Shown: positions 42,560 to 56,610 of the stretch, in pieces
Position numbering within the stretch: the stretch's first letter is position 1
How the letters are laid out: each line of letters opens with the position of its first letter
Source: Octopus vulgaris
Lineage: Eukaryota
DNA length: 64,000 bases
NCBI GenBank assembly: GCA_951406725.2
Contig: OX597840.1
Location: 682,001-746,000 of the forward strand
Direction: 5' to 3'
Made by a program: the position numbers and the translations under genes
The notes under the pieces: generated by a model
Told to the model about the DNA's origin: nothing
Seen by the model: the letters and a program-made list of their open reading frames with translations, nothing else
Database searches by the model: none

Positions 42560-42902
42560 ATACTCTTTACTCTTGACTCTTTTACTTCTTTCAGTCATTT
42601 GACTGCGGTCATGCTGGAGCACCGCCTTCAGTCGAGCAAATCCTGGGACATATTCTTCCTAAGCCTTGTACTTATTCTATCGGTCTCTTTTTGCCGAACC
42701 GCTAAGTAACGGGGACGTAAACACACCAGCATCGGTTGTCAAGCGATGCTAGGGGGACAAACACAGACACACAAACACACACATACATATATATATATAT
42801 CCATATATACGACAGGCTTCTTTCAGTTTCCGTCTACCAAATCCACTCACAAGGCATTGGTCGGTCCGGGGCTATAGCAGAAGACACTTACCCAAGATGC
42901 CA
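42560..42902 (-). mobile_element. Family-A SINE, 5'-truncated
   Basis: Tail and body match the other family-A copies. Confidence 0.9.
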
Positions 42903-42903
42903 C

Positions 42904-42934
<31 letters not shown>

Positions 42935-43574
42935 GTGTATGTAGGTGTGTGTACCTGTATGTGTGCTTGTATACATATACAAAACTCCACAGCACAAAAA
43001 TATAGACAAATACCCACTCACATATATATATATGAATATTCACAGAAGTACACATATATTCACATGTGTGGGTGTTGCGTGTTTACGTGTGTGTGTTTGT
43101 GCGTTTGTGTGTTTACGTGTGTACTAGGATGTGTTTGCAAATAACAATATGATGAAGATGTTGATTCAGGATTTGGAAGAAATCTATAAAAATAGCGTGT
43201 TGTATTTATTTCCATGTTTTCCCGATTCTGTCATTCAACTGCCCTTGGTATCATCGCATCATCGCAATATTATTAAGGACAAAGACGAATTTATTAGAAA
43301 ACGAAAATATCGGAAGATATGGTGGAGTTTCATTTTTTTTTTTTTTTGAAGCAATAATTCTCCTGTGCAATGTGAAATCTAAAACACATGCGCACATTTG
43401 AGATGCGCATATGTGTATATGTGTGTGTATATATGTATATATATACATATGTATGTATGTATATATATATATGTATGTATGTATATATATATATATATAT
43501 ATATGCGTATGTAAACATACATATTTATATATGTAAATATATACATATATATATATACGTATATATATATATAC

Positions 43575-43660
<86 letters not shown>

Positions 43661-43806
43661 TGAATATATATGTCTGAATATATATATGTATACACATCTA
43701 TTTCTGTCTATATATTTATATAAAAGCACATGTTTTGTATATATTTATATATCTATTATATATCTATACATATGCTTTGTATATATTTATATCTCGTTCT
43801 CTCTCT

Positions 43807-43876
<70 letters not shown>

Positions 43877-43923
43877 TATATATGCATATACATATATATC
43901 CATATATTTACATGTCTCTCTCC

Positions 43924-44018
<95 letters not shown>

Positions 44019-44308
44019 CTACCCAGATGGATCTCTAGGATGATGAGTAAAGACAGAGAAAAAGAAATACAAACGTGGGATCCTGAGTATAAGTGTGTGC
44101 ATATCTGTCTGTATATATGCATGTGTGCGCATGTGCGCGATTATGTGTGAGAGTCTGTATGGTTACCCATGTAAATATCTATATCTGCCATCTGCGTGTA
44201 AAAAATGCATTAAAAATACTACAACGCGTATAGAATACGCAAATAAAATATAAAATTTTATTAATTTACCAGGCATTTCTGTGTGTATAATCTCTCTCTC
44301 TCTCTCTC

Positions 44309-44502
<194 letters not shown>

Positions 44503-44569
44503 TACATAAACATGTACTTTCATGACATCTATTTCTGTCAGTCTATTTCTCTGAAGATACATAAATACA

Positions 44570-44674
<105 letters not shown>

Positions 44675-44807
44675 CTTTCTAAATATACTTAGTTATACGT
44701 TTATATATTGCATATTTGCATATATGCATGTATATGCATACATACAAATGCATTACATATTTTTATGCCTGTATATATATATGTATATATATGTATATAT
44801 ATATATA

Positions 44808-44926
<119 letters not shown>

Positions 44927-45672
44927 GTATATGCATACATACATATATATATATATCTAGAGATAGATATGCATATCCATATACGTATATATACATACAT
45001 GTATGGATATATTAATATAGAGCAATATAAAATAATTATGACGTGACATCCTGTCATTTTACGGAAAAAGGAAATACTTTCGCATATACGCATGCCAAAA
45101 AAAATATCAGACACAGCTACGCATTCACATCATACATATACATATACATAACGACACACACAAATAGGTAACCATATAGATATATGTACAAATATAAACG
45201 TTGTTTACGCATGTGCATGTGTATGTATGAGGCTTTATAGATGCACCACTTCAGAGACACATATGAGTGTTATAATTATTTGTCTTATGTTCTGTTAAAT
45301 AGCGTGTACAGATGACATATCTTGGCAGAAAACATTGCGATATAGGAATGTAGCTACGAAAAGAAAACGAATAAAAATCGTACTGAAATATTTAGAAAAA
45401 ATATATTTTTTGTGTATCTATTTATGTTTGAAAGTACGAATGAATATACATACATACATACATACATACATACATACATACATAAATACATACATATATA
45501 CATACATACATATATACATACATACATATACATACATATATATACACACATATATATATACATATCTATATACATATACATATGTCACTATATATATATG
45601 CATATATATATATACATACATACATATACATATGAAACTATATATACATATCTATATCTATCTATCTATCTA

Positions 45673-45751
<79 letters not shown>

Positions 45752-46021
45752 GTATATATATATTGATATATGCACACATACCTTCACATATAGTTATACA
45801 TGCAGAGATGCAACTACATATACATAGATATATAGACATATACATTATATTTATATATATATATACATATTATATATTCATATATATATATATACATATA
45901 TGTGTATGTCTATATATATATGTACATGTCTCTCTATATATATGTATATGTATATATAATATAAACATGTATATAGACAGACATGTACATAAATATATAT
46001 ACACAATATACACACTCACAA

Positions 46022-46054
<33 letters not shown>

Positions 46055-46679
46055 CGTAGATACAAACGCATAGAAACTGCTAACATGGTTGATATATGCT
46101 GTGGTAATATGTACTACAAGGCTTGTCAAAAGTTTGACATTAACGACTTCTATATATATTATATACAAACGCACTCATACGCACAGAAGTGATTTACATA
46201 TATGTGCGTATATGGGTGTATGAGTGTATGTGTGCATGTGTGTGAGTGTGTGTGTCTCTGTGTGTATGTTTTTCTGATTGCTATTGCCATTATCAGTACA
46301 TTTGTTGTACTGATAACGGCGGAGGCGATCTTGATTTTTATTGCTTGTAATAGGTGTGCGTATTTGTTGAATGGTGTGGTGTCATGTTTTACATGTGGAC
46401 ATTAAAATGTATATATCACATAGCTGTATATTAAAATGTACTTTTTAACATATGTATGTTCATTTATTATGTATATACTACATACAGCGAGCCTGTTCAA
46501 TTTGACATTGGCTTTATAGTACATTTCTCCATTTATTTTCAATAATGTTATTTTTCAGCCGAGGTTGCAGCGGTTTCTTGTCTTGTTACGTATAATATAC
46601 GTACAATGTTTACGCACACACTCACTCACTTTCACACACACACAGGCACGCACACACACACAGAGGCATACTCTGTACG

Positions 46680-46896
46680 CTTTTACTCTTTCACTTGTTT
46701 CAGTCATTTGATTGCGGCCATGCGGGAGCACCACCTTTAGTCGAACAAATCGATCCCAGGACTTATCCTTTGTAAGCCTATACTTATTCTATCGGTCTTT
46801 TTTGCCGAATAGCTAAGTTACGGGGACCTAAGCACACCACCACCGATTGTCAAGCGATGTTGAGGGAACAAACACAGTCACATAAACATATACACA

Positions 46897-46953
<57 letters not shown>

Positions 46954-47158
46954 CCGCGTAAGCGTGTACCGTTAGCGATTTTTTTTCCTCCGTCTTGCCT
47001 TCTCTGGATCTTTCGTTTTCCTCTGTTTCTGACGAAGAGCTGCTCCCGAAACGTTAAATCCTCCTTCTTCCCTTCCTTCCCGAGCGTCCAATAATTCTAT
47101 ATTTGTTCCACGTCCTCGCGTTATTGTGCTTTCTCTTTGTGTTTTCATGTTTGAATTA

Positions 47159-47217
<59 letters not shown>

Positions 47218-47377
47218 GACGGGATTCTTTCAGTTTCCGTCTACCAAGTCCACTCACAATGCTTTGGTCGGCCCGAGGCTATAGTAGAAGACACTTGCCC
47301 AAGGTGCCATGCAGTGGGACTGAACCCGGAACTATGTGGTTCGTAAACAAGCTACTTACCACACAGCAACTCCTACG

Positions 47378-47379
<2 letters not shown>
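46680..47379 (-). mobile_element. Family-A SINE with a ~210-bp insert (46952-47163) in its internal (TA)n
   Basis: 3' half at 46680-46900 and 5' half at 47215-47379. Confidence 0.88.
47025..47059 (+). ncRNA. Minimal hammerhead-like motif in a solo pLTR-like insert
   Basis: GTTT-CTGACGA-A-GAGC-T-GCTC-CC-GAAA-CG-TT-AAAT: intact CUGANGA and GAAA boxes and a 4-bp stem I. Confidence 0.6.
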
Positions 47380-47456
<77 letters not shown>

Positions 47457-47854
47457 CAAAAACTATATAAGACCTCAGACTTTCCGTTGTAATATTTCAT
47501 TAAAGTGAACATCAATCTAGTTGGGAATATTGAGAAATATCAGTTCGTAGCCAGAACGAGGGGGTAAGATTGTAAAACATAAATTTGAAAAATCGTACCT
47601 CTGGGTATTTCGGGTATCTCGAATATCACCGAAATTGCAGCTTAACCGTTTGAAGCTTATCGAAACTGAATTTTACTTTGTCTACCTGGTGTATAACTTC
47701 ATTATGTATTCCGCAAGAACCACGAGAAAGGTTCTTAAAATTTGAGGAAACTTAATTCCCATCAAACCTCAAGACAACATCGCTGCTAATTAATTTAGCA
47801 GGTAATGTCTTTTGAATAATGATGATAATGATGATGATAATGATGATGATGATG

Positions 47855-47887
<33 letters not shown>

Positions 47888-48040
47888 TTAATAATAATAA
47901 TAACAATAATATTAGTAATAATAATAATAATGATGATAATAATAATAATAATAATAATAACAATAATATTAGTAATAATAATAATAATAATAATAATATT
48001 AATAATAATAATAACAATAATATTAGTAATAATAATAATG

Positions 48041-48083
<43 letters not shown>

Positions 48084-48632
48084 TAATATTAGTAATAATA
48101 ATAATAATAATAATAATGATAATAATAATGATAATAATAATAATAATAATTATAATAATAATAATAATAATGATAATTGTAAGGAATTATTTTATTTGGT
48201 ATAAGGGCATAGATGTGAGAGACATCATAAGAAGAGTCAAAATTTTCTGTGCAAGTTAGTATACAGGATGATCAGAAAGAAATGGAAAAGACAATAGTAT
48301 GCTTATGTAAAAACAGACAATGCAGTGCTGCGGATGCAGTACTCAAAGACCCTCGCAGATCTCGGATTACCCTGATCAATAAATGCTCGAACCCAAGGCC
48401 AACTGTTTTTTTTCCAACCTACAGGTGCATGCTTTGTGCAGGGCCATTCTCCTTCACCATTGCTGCCGTAGTCAGCAATCGCTTCACAAATTCGTTGCTG
48501 GGTAGCACTTTCCATCCAATCAAATCCACCTTTCCAAGAATAGATTTAGTTTCCTATCCAATTCCTTAATCATTTCAGCTACCACTTTCCCTATAGCGAT
48601 TGCACAGCCCTGCTTTAACATTATTAAAACTA

Positions 48633-49245
48633 AGGTGAAGGAGTGGCTGTCTGGTAGGTAGCTTGCTTATCAACCACATGGATCCTGGTTCAGTCCTGCT
48701 CTGTTGCACCATGGGCAAGTGTCTTCTACTATAAAACATACGACCAAAGACTTGTGAGTGGATTTGGTGGACAGAAACTGAAAGAAACGATGAGCTGGCA
48801 GAAACGTTAGCACGCCTGTCTTTACGTTCTGAGTTCAAATTTCGCCGAGGTCGACTTTGCCTTTCATCCTTCCGGGGTCAATAAATTAAGTACCTGTTAC
48901 GCATTAGGGTCGATTTAATCGACTTAATGCCTTTGTCTCTCCTTTTTTACTCTCTCTATGTTTATCCCCTTGTGGGCAAGAAAGAAATAAGAAACGGAAA
49001 GAAGCCCATCATATATATATGAGCATGTGTGTTTGTGTGCTTGTATTTGTCCCCCACCACCACCACCACCATCACTTGAAAACCGATGCTGGTGTGTTTA
49101 CGTCCCGTAACTTAGCAATTCGGCAAAAGCGACCGATAGAATAAAAACTAGGCTTACAGAGAATAAGTACCGCGGTCGATTTGTTCTAAAAAAGGCGGTG
49201 CTCTAGCACGGCCGTAGTCAAATGACTGAAACAACATAAAAGAGA
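48633..49245 (+). mobile_element. Family-A SINE interrupted by a Nin/Deu-like SINE (~48788-48995)
   Basis: The family-A body breaks at GAAACTGAAAGAAAC and resumes GAAAGAAGCCC. The insert carries GAGGTCGACTTTGCCTTTCATCC. Confidence 0.85.
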
Positions 49246-49459
49246 AACCCTTTCTGCTAAAAGCCTCAGCCCTGAAAATTCAGACGAAGGTCCCATCGAT
49301 ACCAGTGCTCAACTTGTGCTTATTCAAGGAAGCACGAAAGGAAGAATCGCAAAGGCAACCTCGCCAGAAATGAGCACAAGAGTAAAACCAAAAGAAGTGC
49401 CGCTCATAATGTTTCCCGATACGCTAGCGACCCAACGAGCCCACTTGCTTTTTGATAAA

Positions 49460-49524
<65 letters not shown>

Positions 49525-49583
49525 CAACAACAACCACAACAACAACAACAATAATAATAATAATGATGATAATGATGATGATG

Positions 49584-49632
<49 letters not shown>

Positions 49633-49642
49633 TATTAATAAT

Positions 49643-49741
49643 ACTTATTCTATCGGTCTCTCTTGCCGAACTGCTAAGTGACGGGAACGTAAACACATCA
49701 GCATCGATTGTCAAGCGATGTTTGGGGACAAACACAGAAAC

Positions 49742-49772
<31 letters not shown>

Positions 49773-49939
49773 TATACGACGGGCTTCTTTCAGTTTCCGT
49801 CTACCAAATCCACTCACAAGGCTTTGATCGGCCCGAGGCTATAGTAGAAGACACTTGCCCAAGATGTCACTCAGTGGGACTGAACCCGGAACCATGTGGT
49901 TGGTAAGCAAGCTACTTACCACACAGCCACTCCTGCGCC
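49643..49939 (-). mobile_element. Family-A SINE lacking its 3' tail
   Basis: Head and body match; the sequence ends in an (AAT)n tract. Confidence 0.9.
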
Positions 49940-49944
49940 TTGTG

Positions 49945-50480
49945 TCGGCATTGTAAAATAAAAGCTGCTGACAAATAATACAAGTACCGCCCTGAGGCTG
50001 TAATTAATTGAGAAAACGTAACGAATCTTTGGGACTTTCTATTATGTACAGACCAGACTCTCAAACATAATAAACTAGATATTATTGTGAAAGACCAAAA
50101 CAATAAAATCTGTTTATTGATTAGCACGAACATACCTTGTGATCATAATATCTCGGCAAAAGAATGTGATAAGCTCAGATAATATTTGATAAGAATTGGA
50201 TTAGAATTTTATAATATTTGATAAATATTTGATAAGAATAATACTTGATGAGAATTTGATAAGCTCAGAAAGTATAAATATTTGCTAATCAAAATCGAAA
50301 AGATTTGGCACCTCATGGCGGTTACAATACCAGTGATTGTAGAAGCAATTGGGTAAAAAAATGTAGGTAAAAAAAATGACCTGAAAATTGTTTGAGGTTG
50401 ATCCCTGGGTTACCATCCATGCAGGAAGTGCAGAAAATCGTCTTGACTGCTAAGTCACAGGTATTGAGAACTACATTGTT
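49945..50480 (+). pseudogene. Restriction-like endonuclease (RLE) domain remnant of an R4/Dong-like LINE
   Basis: NLWDFLLCTDQTLKHNKLDIIVKDQNNKICLLI..IPCDHNISAKECDKL..KYKYLLIKIEKIWHLMAVTIPVIVEAIG resembles the RPD..D/E.K RLE consensus. Confidence 0.82.
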
Positions 50481-50931
50481 GCTGTGAATTTTCTTTTTTT
50501 GTTTTCCCTTTCATTTCTTTGATTACTTTTTCATGATATGTTTTTTTTCCTCCCCCTCTCTGTCTTTTTTCACCTTTCCCTCTATCACATGACTTTGTAC
50601 ATGAACAATCTGGGGGGTCTTTATTTTGATGGCCTAATAATGTATACAATGAGTTTCTCTGCCCCAGGTGGCAGGAAGACACTCGACAAGAAATGGAAAA
50701 AAAATTGAAGAATGATAATAATAATAAAAATAATAATAATATTCAGTACCAGGCTGTGGCTCTCATGGCCTTTCATCTTAAGTAATATCTTAAATGATAT
50801 CAGTGATTCGGAGGTGTGCTTGGAGATGACCATTGATATTGCTCCCACTTCTCAAGTCAATGTCTCTAATGACCATATATGGACATGCGGTATTTATTTT
50901 AAATAATTTACGCTTTTTGTAACTATTCATT

Positions 50932-51500
50932 GTGGAGGCACATGGCCTAGTGGTTAGAGCAGCGGACTCGAGGTCGAGGGATCGCGGGTTCGAATTACAG
51001 ACCGGACGATGTGTGTGTTTATGAGCGAAACACCCAAGCTCCATGCGGCCCCGGCAGAAGGTAATGGTGAACTTCTGCTGACTCTTTCGCCACAACTTTC
51101 TCTCACACTTTCCTCCTGCATCTTGCAGCTCACTTGCGACGGACCGGTGTCCCGTTCAGGTGGGCAATCTATACACCAAGAAACCGGCCGGCCCTATGAG
51201 CCAGGCGTGGTCCGAGAAGGAACAAATTGAGTTCACTCTGTGGAGGTACATGGCCTTGTGGTTAGAGCAGCAGACTCGTTACCGAGTGATCGCGGGTTCG
51301 AATCTCAGACCGGGTGATGTGTGTGTTTATGAGCGAAACTTCTGCTGCCTCTCTCACCACAACTTTCTCTCACTCTTTCCTCCTGCATCTTGCAGCTCAC
51401 CTGCGATGGGCCGGCGTCCCATCCAGGTGGGGAACATATACGCCAAGAAACCGGGAAACCGGCCCTTATGAGCCAGGCATGGCTCGGGAAGGAATTAACA
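50932..51500 (+). mobile_element. Head-to-tail dimer of family-C tRNA-derived SINE flanked by one TSD
   Basis: Heads GTGGAGG(C/T)ACATGGCCT at ~50932 and ~51240. AACTATTCATT at 50921-50931 and 51501-51511. Confidence 0.88.
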
Positions 51501-51940
51501 AACTATTCATTGCAATTAGAGTCAAATTTATGAAGTGTCAGTTAACTTGGTCTTCCCAATACAATATGGTACAATATATTCATAAACTGTGGTAAACGTA
51601 TTGATAGGTTCTTTTTTTGTTTGTTTTGTGGTTGCTTTCCGCACTTTCCTCAAAGTACATGGAGGATCTGAGGGAATTTTTCCTCCTTCCTCCGTTTCAA
51701 ATCTCGGTCGTCTTCATCACTAACATATGTGCACCTAGGAACACGAGCACACAACGCGCGCACGCCCAGACACACATACACATGCATGCGCTGTCACACA
51801 TACACCATTCTCAAGAAACTGAGTTGCCATTTGCTTGAAAAGTCGACTCGTTTACCTCCTCTTGTTCTCCAACATTCTGTTAATGGAACCTTTCTCCACC
51901 TGTTTCTCCTCCAAATTATCGTCTTGGAAACTGAGTAGGA

Positions 51941-52007
<67 letters not shown>

Positions 52008-52032
52008 TACATACATTCATACATACATATAT

Positions 52033-52081
<49 letters not shown>

Positions 52082-52179
52082 TATAGGCATATATGTACAT
52101 TTACACACGCATATATCTATACATGTGTGTAAATGCGTATACAGGGAGGATAATAACTAGAAGGAGACAGAGAGAAAAG

Positions 52180-52225
<46 letters not shown>

Positions 52226-52597
52226 CTGGAAGAAAGAAATAGGGTAGAAAGAAAGATTTCGTTACATAAATAGACAGAAAATATTGGCGCATCATTGAAA
52301 AGTCTATTATAGAATTTCCAACATTTCTCAGTAGCTAATGGAGTTAGGTTTTGGGTCAATATCGTTTAACATGAGATTATGGCGAAATATTCTATAGAAA
52401 AGAAGAATTCCATGTTTCTATGACGAAAAGACAGTTTATTGCTATGTATTTCTAATATTGGTCTTCTGGAATATCCTGCTGTCTTTCGTGTGTTAAGCGT
52501 TGCCTCTGCACGAATATTATTATTCTTTATAATTTGTAACGTGTTCCCCATGTGTGCGTGAGTACAGACTCCCATATATATATATATATATATATAA

Positions 52598-52638
<41 letters not shown>

Positions 52639-52640
52639 TG

Positions 52641-52672
<32 letters not shown>

Positions 52673-52722
52673 GATACATACATATGTGGGTGTCGGTGTG
52701 TATAGATATGTATACATATATT

Positions 52723-52753
<31 letters not shown>

Positions 52754-52928
52754 GTATATGTATACACATATACATACACATATACATTCATATTTTAACC
52801 CATTAAGAATGATTTCAACAGGCCTTTATATAAATTCTGAAAGGATATTGAAAACAGGATTTGTGCGTGTGCTTGTGTAAGCAAGAAATAACTATGAGGA
52901 AGAATAAGTATACACGCGTGCATGCATA

Positions 52929-52970
<42 letters not shown>

Positions 52971-53011
52971 TTCAGCAAAATTTTGATACAAATGAATATG
53001 GTACTTAAGTT

Positions 53012-53099
53012 TTATGCTGATGATTGCTCAACATTTTAAAACTGTTGTAATACTTACAATATTTAATAAAATGATGTAGCGTGAAACGATCGTACCAAA
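53012..53099 (+). ncRNA. Type-I hammerhead-like motif with intact core and long stem II
   Basis: CTGATGA (53017), a hairpin with CATTTTA/TAAAATG and TGTTGTAA/TTACAATA, then GAAAC-GATC-GTA-CCAA. Stem I is weak in this copy. Confidence 0.6.
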
Positions 53100-53778
53100 T
53101 TACCGGAGATATTTTTGTTGCTTATTTGGATATATATATATAAATTTAAAATAATAAGGGTGAAAAATTTAATATTAATTTTGTTAATATCAATTTAAAA
53201 CCGGTGGCCTAGCATACTGAAAAATCTGAAGATTCAGAAAAAATTATATTATATAAGTATAAGAGGGATGACCACAAAGCGGACATTCATTATGCTAGAA
53301 GTAGACCATCTATGTTCTTACCCCTTGGTTCCGTTTTCATACTTGGTTCGCTAATTCAATAACTACAATACAAAAATATGTAGCCCTGAAAACGGTTTTT
53401 GGGCATTCACAGAGATTACCTAGCAGGACCTAATGTGTCATGAATACCCAAATTGTGAAGTCAGTCATGAAATTAGTTACCATATAGAAGGAATTCATAT
53501 AAAGTAGGCCCGAAAAGCGCTTTAATGCGTTCTCAGAATATATAGATCTTAGGACGAAATCGTGAAGCATGTTACTTAATAATCAGCTAATGTTACGTAA
53601 TAATCAGGATTATATACACACGCTGATATATGACCTACGTTGAAACCCTTATTCGCATAATCAGTAAACCTGGAACTTAAGTATCGTCTATCTATAGTAC
53701 TTATTCAGCATTACCTGACACCTTTGGGTCTCAATTCGCCATTACCTCTCATAACCAATATATATATATATATATATA

Positions 53779-54155
53779 TCTATATAAACGGCAGTTAGGC
53801 TGTGCGTGTTTCTGTGTGTCTGTTTGCTTGTACCCTCACCCTGACCACGGCTTTCAACCGATTCTGATGAAACTTGACACACACATAGCCCAATGTCATA
53901 ATTCAAAACTAACGTAGCGAAAATTTTGAAAAGTTCCCCCAGTTCTGAAAAATATCGATAAATTCGACATGGGGTCGAGAATCAGAAACACAAACCGCAA
54001 ACTGTCTAGGGGACGTAACTCCACCTTTTTTCACTCTCAAAAAAAATTTACCATCATTTTTTTCCATTTTTTTGCTATTTTTTGGTTATAACTCTCTAAA
54101 AAGGCTTTATAGTTATTTCCCTTACAAACCTGAGCAACGCCGGGCGATACTGCTA

Positions 54156-54156
<1 letters not shown>
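53779..54156 (+). mobile_element. Non-autonomous Helitron, copy 2
   Basis: TC...CGCCGGGCGATACTGCTAG, inserted in (TA)n. Near-identical to 11390-11774. Confidence 0.85.
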
Positions 54157-54213
<57 letters not shown>

Positions 54214-54293
54214 GAATAAGGGTAGAAATTGATATTTATCAATTAAAACCAGTCGCCTAGCATATTAAAGAAATCCGAAGATTAAAATATTTT

Positions 54294-54608
54294 TACATAC
54301 AAAATTTAAAGGACTGACAACAAAAAGTGGACGGTCAACATGCTAGATATAGACGTCAAAATCGCTATTTTCCACGAAGAATGTGTTCTCAAGTAAAAAC
54401 TCAGCACAAACCAAAGTGTAAAAAATAAGCAAGACAAATTTCGTATATTTTCGTATATTTTCATTTGTCTTCTTTATTTTTTACACTTTGGTTTGTGCTG
54501 AGTTTTTATTTGAGAACACATTCTTCGTGGAAAATAGCGATTTTGACGTCTATATCTAGCATATTGACCGTCCACTTCTAGTGGTCAGTCCTTTAAATTT
54601 TGTATGTA
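54294..54608. repeat. Long inverted repeat (arms ~145 bp, spacer ~23 bp)
   Basis: TACATACAAAATTTAAAGGACTGAC...AAGACAAAT and ATTTGTCTT...GTCAGTCCTTTAAATTTTGTATGTA, with few mismatches. Confidence 0.95.
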
Positions 54609-54932
54609 TATATATATATATATACGAAATAACATTATTATGGAGGTAACACAGGCGAAGTCGAAAAGAACATAATTGAAATACTCATCCAAAATATATA
54701 TAAATACATATATACTCTATAAAATGGAGATAAAATTCCAAAGTACACAAATATATATATAAATAGACAATATCAATGCAATGCATAAAATACGATTGAA
54801 TATAAATAAAAACGATTGAATTTAAGAAAATATCATTTGTAATTACATTTAAAATCGTACATTATATGATGAAATTAAAAATATAACTTAAAAGGATTAA
54901 GTATTAAAAACATATTAAAACCAACGAAAGAA

Positions 54933-55006
<74 letters not shown>

Positions 55007-55217
55007 GTAAGATATGAAAAATCAACGAAAATGCATATTGCAGATAGAAAAAGGCTATTTATGACAGGTAGTGACAAACACATACATTAAGATTGACTGA
55101 GGTAGTAATACGAGTCATAAAGGTCATTATTATGAGATGATTATAAGATGATAATAATAATAAAGTAAGAGAACAAAACGAACCAATTGGCTGACGCGAA
55201 GGCTATTCATCGTTTTG

Positions 55218-55273
<56 letters not shown>

Positions 55274-55275
55274 AT

Positions 55276-55359
55276 ACATCTACGGGCCGTTTCAGAAATG
55301 TGCCAATGAACATGATATATTTCATTTTACTATTCAAGGCATCCCCCTCACCAGGATGT
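55276..55359 (-). ncRNA. Type-I hammerhead-like motif
   Basis: Minus strand ACATC-CTGGTGA-GGGGGATGCC...GGCACATTTCT-GAAAC-GGCCC-GTA-GATGT: perfect 5-bp stem I and GUA triplet, with one core substitution (A6>G). Confidence 0.65.
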
Positions 55360-55522
55360 TATACTAAGTTCATAAATACATCTATATACCAGGGTTGGTC
55401 TACCATCAGCGGCAATGTAAGATATGGCTCACAAGGAGCACTACACTTTCCTTCTGTATGAATGTTACTTATTCTTAATAACAAGCTCTAATTAAACTTT
55501 ATATTATATATATATATATATA

Positions 55523-55919
55523 GGCGCATGAGTGCATGAGTGACTGTGTGGTAAGTAGCTTGTTTAGCAACCACATGGTTCCGGGTTCAGTCCCACTGCG
55601 TGGCACCTTGGTCAAGCGTCTTCTACTATAGCCTCGAGCCAACAAAAGCCTTGTGAGAGGATTTGGTAGACGGAAACTGAAAGAAGCCCGTCGTATATAT
55701 GTATATATATATATATATGCGTGTGTGTGCTTGTGTGTCTGTGTTTGTCCCCCTAGCATCGGTTGTCCCCGTTACTTAGCAGTTCGGCAAAAGAGACCGA
55801 TAGAATAAGAAGTGGGCTTACAAAAGAATAAGTCTCGGGGTTGAGTTGTTCGATTAAAGGCGGTGCTCCAGCATGGCCGCAGTCAAATGACTGAAACAAG
55901 TAACAGAATAGAAGAGAAT
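55523..55919 (+). mobile_element. Family-A SINE
   Basis: Head, body and tail match the family. Confidence 0.9.
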
Positions 55920-56256
55920 ATGTGTGTGAGTGTGTGACTATGTGCTTGTGTATAGGTAGGTATGTATGTATGTTGCTAAATGTTCATTCACACGCAAACG
56001 CCCATATTTTATCCGGAATGTTCTACACGTTCCACTATTTAAATGAGGAAATTATACGCGGTCATTCGAGCTGCTAAAAATGGTAGCGAATTATTGATGG
56101 TTGAATATCCAGAGGATCGGCAAAGTGGTATGAAGCACAGCCATGAATTCAAACGTTGTCGAACCAACCTTTTTACTTCGGCCATTTGTCAGTAGTTGAT
56201 ATACTTATAACTATATATACGTATATATGTATATATGTATATATGTATATATGTAA

Positions 56257-56295
<39 letters not shown>

Positions 56296-56444
56296 CTAAT
56301 ATACAAATATATCTATATATATACAAATATACAGGTAAACACACATGAGCATATGTATATATATATGTCTTTATATATGTGCAGACAGAACTTATTTACA
56401 TACATAACATACATATATATATTTACATAGATACATACACACAC

Positions 56445-56480
<36 letters not shown>

Positions 56481-56502
56481 TTACACACATATATATATAT
56501 TT

Positions 56503-56575
<73 letters not shown>

Positions 56576-56610
56576 CGCAGGAGTGGCTGTGTGGTAAGTA
56601 GCTTGCTAAC

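Noticed and set aside
50932-51005. tRNA-like sequences at SINE heads (also 3988, 4243, 8764, 27395)
   Set aside because: A/B boxes are present but no complete cloverleaf or acceptor stem; each runs straight into a SINE body.
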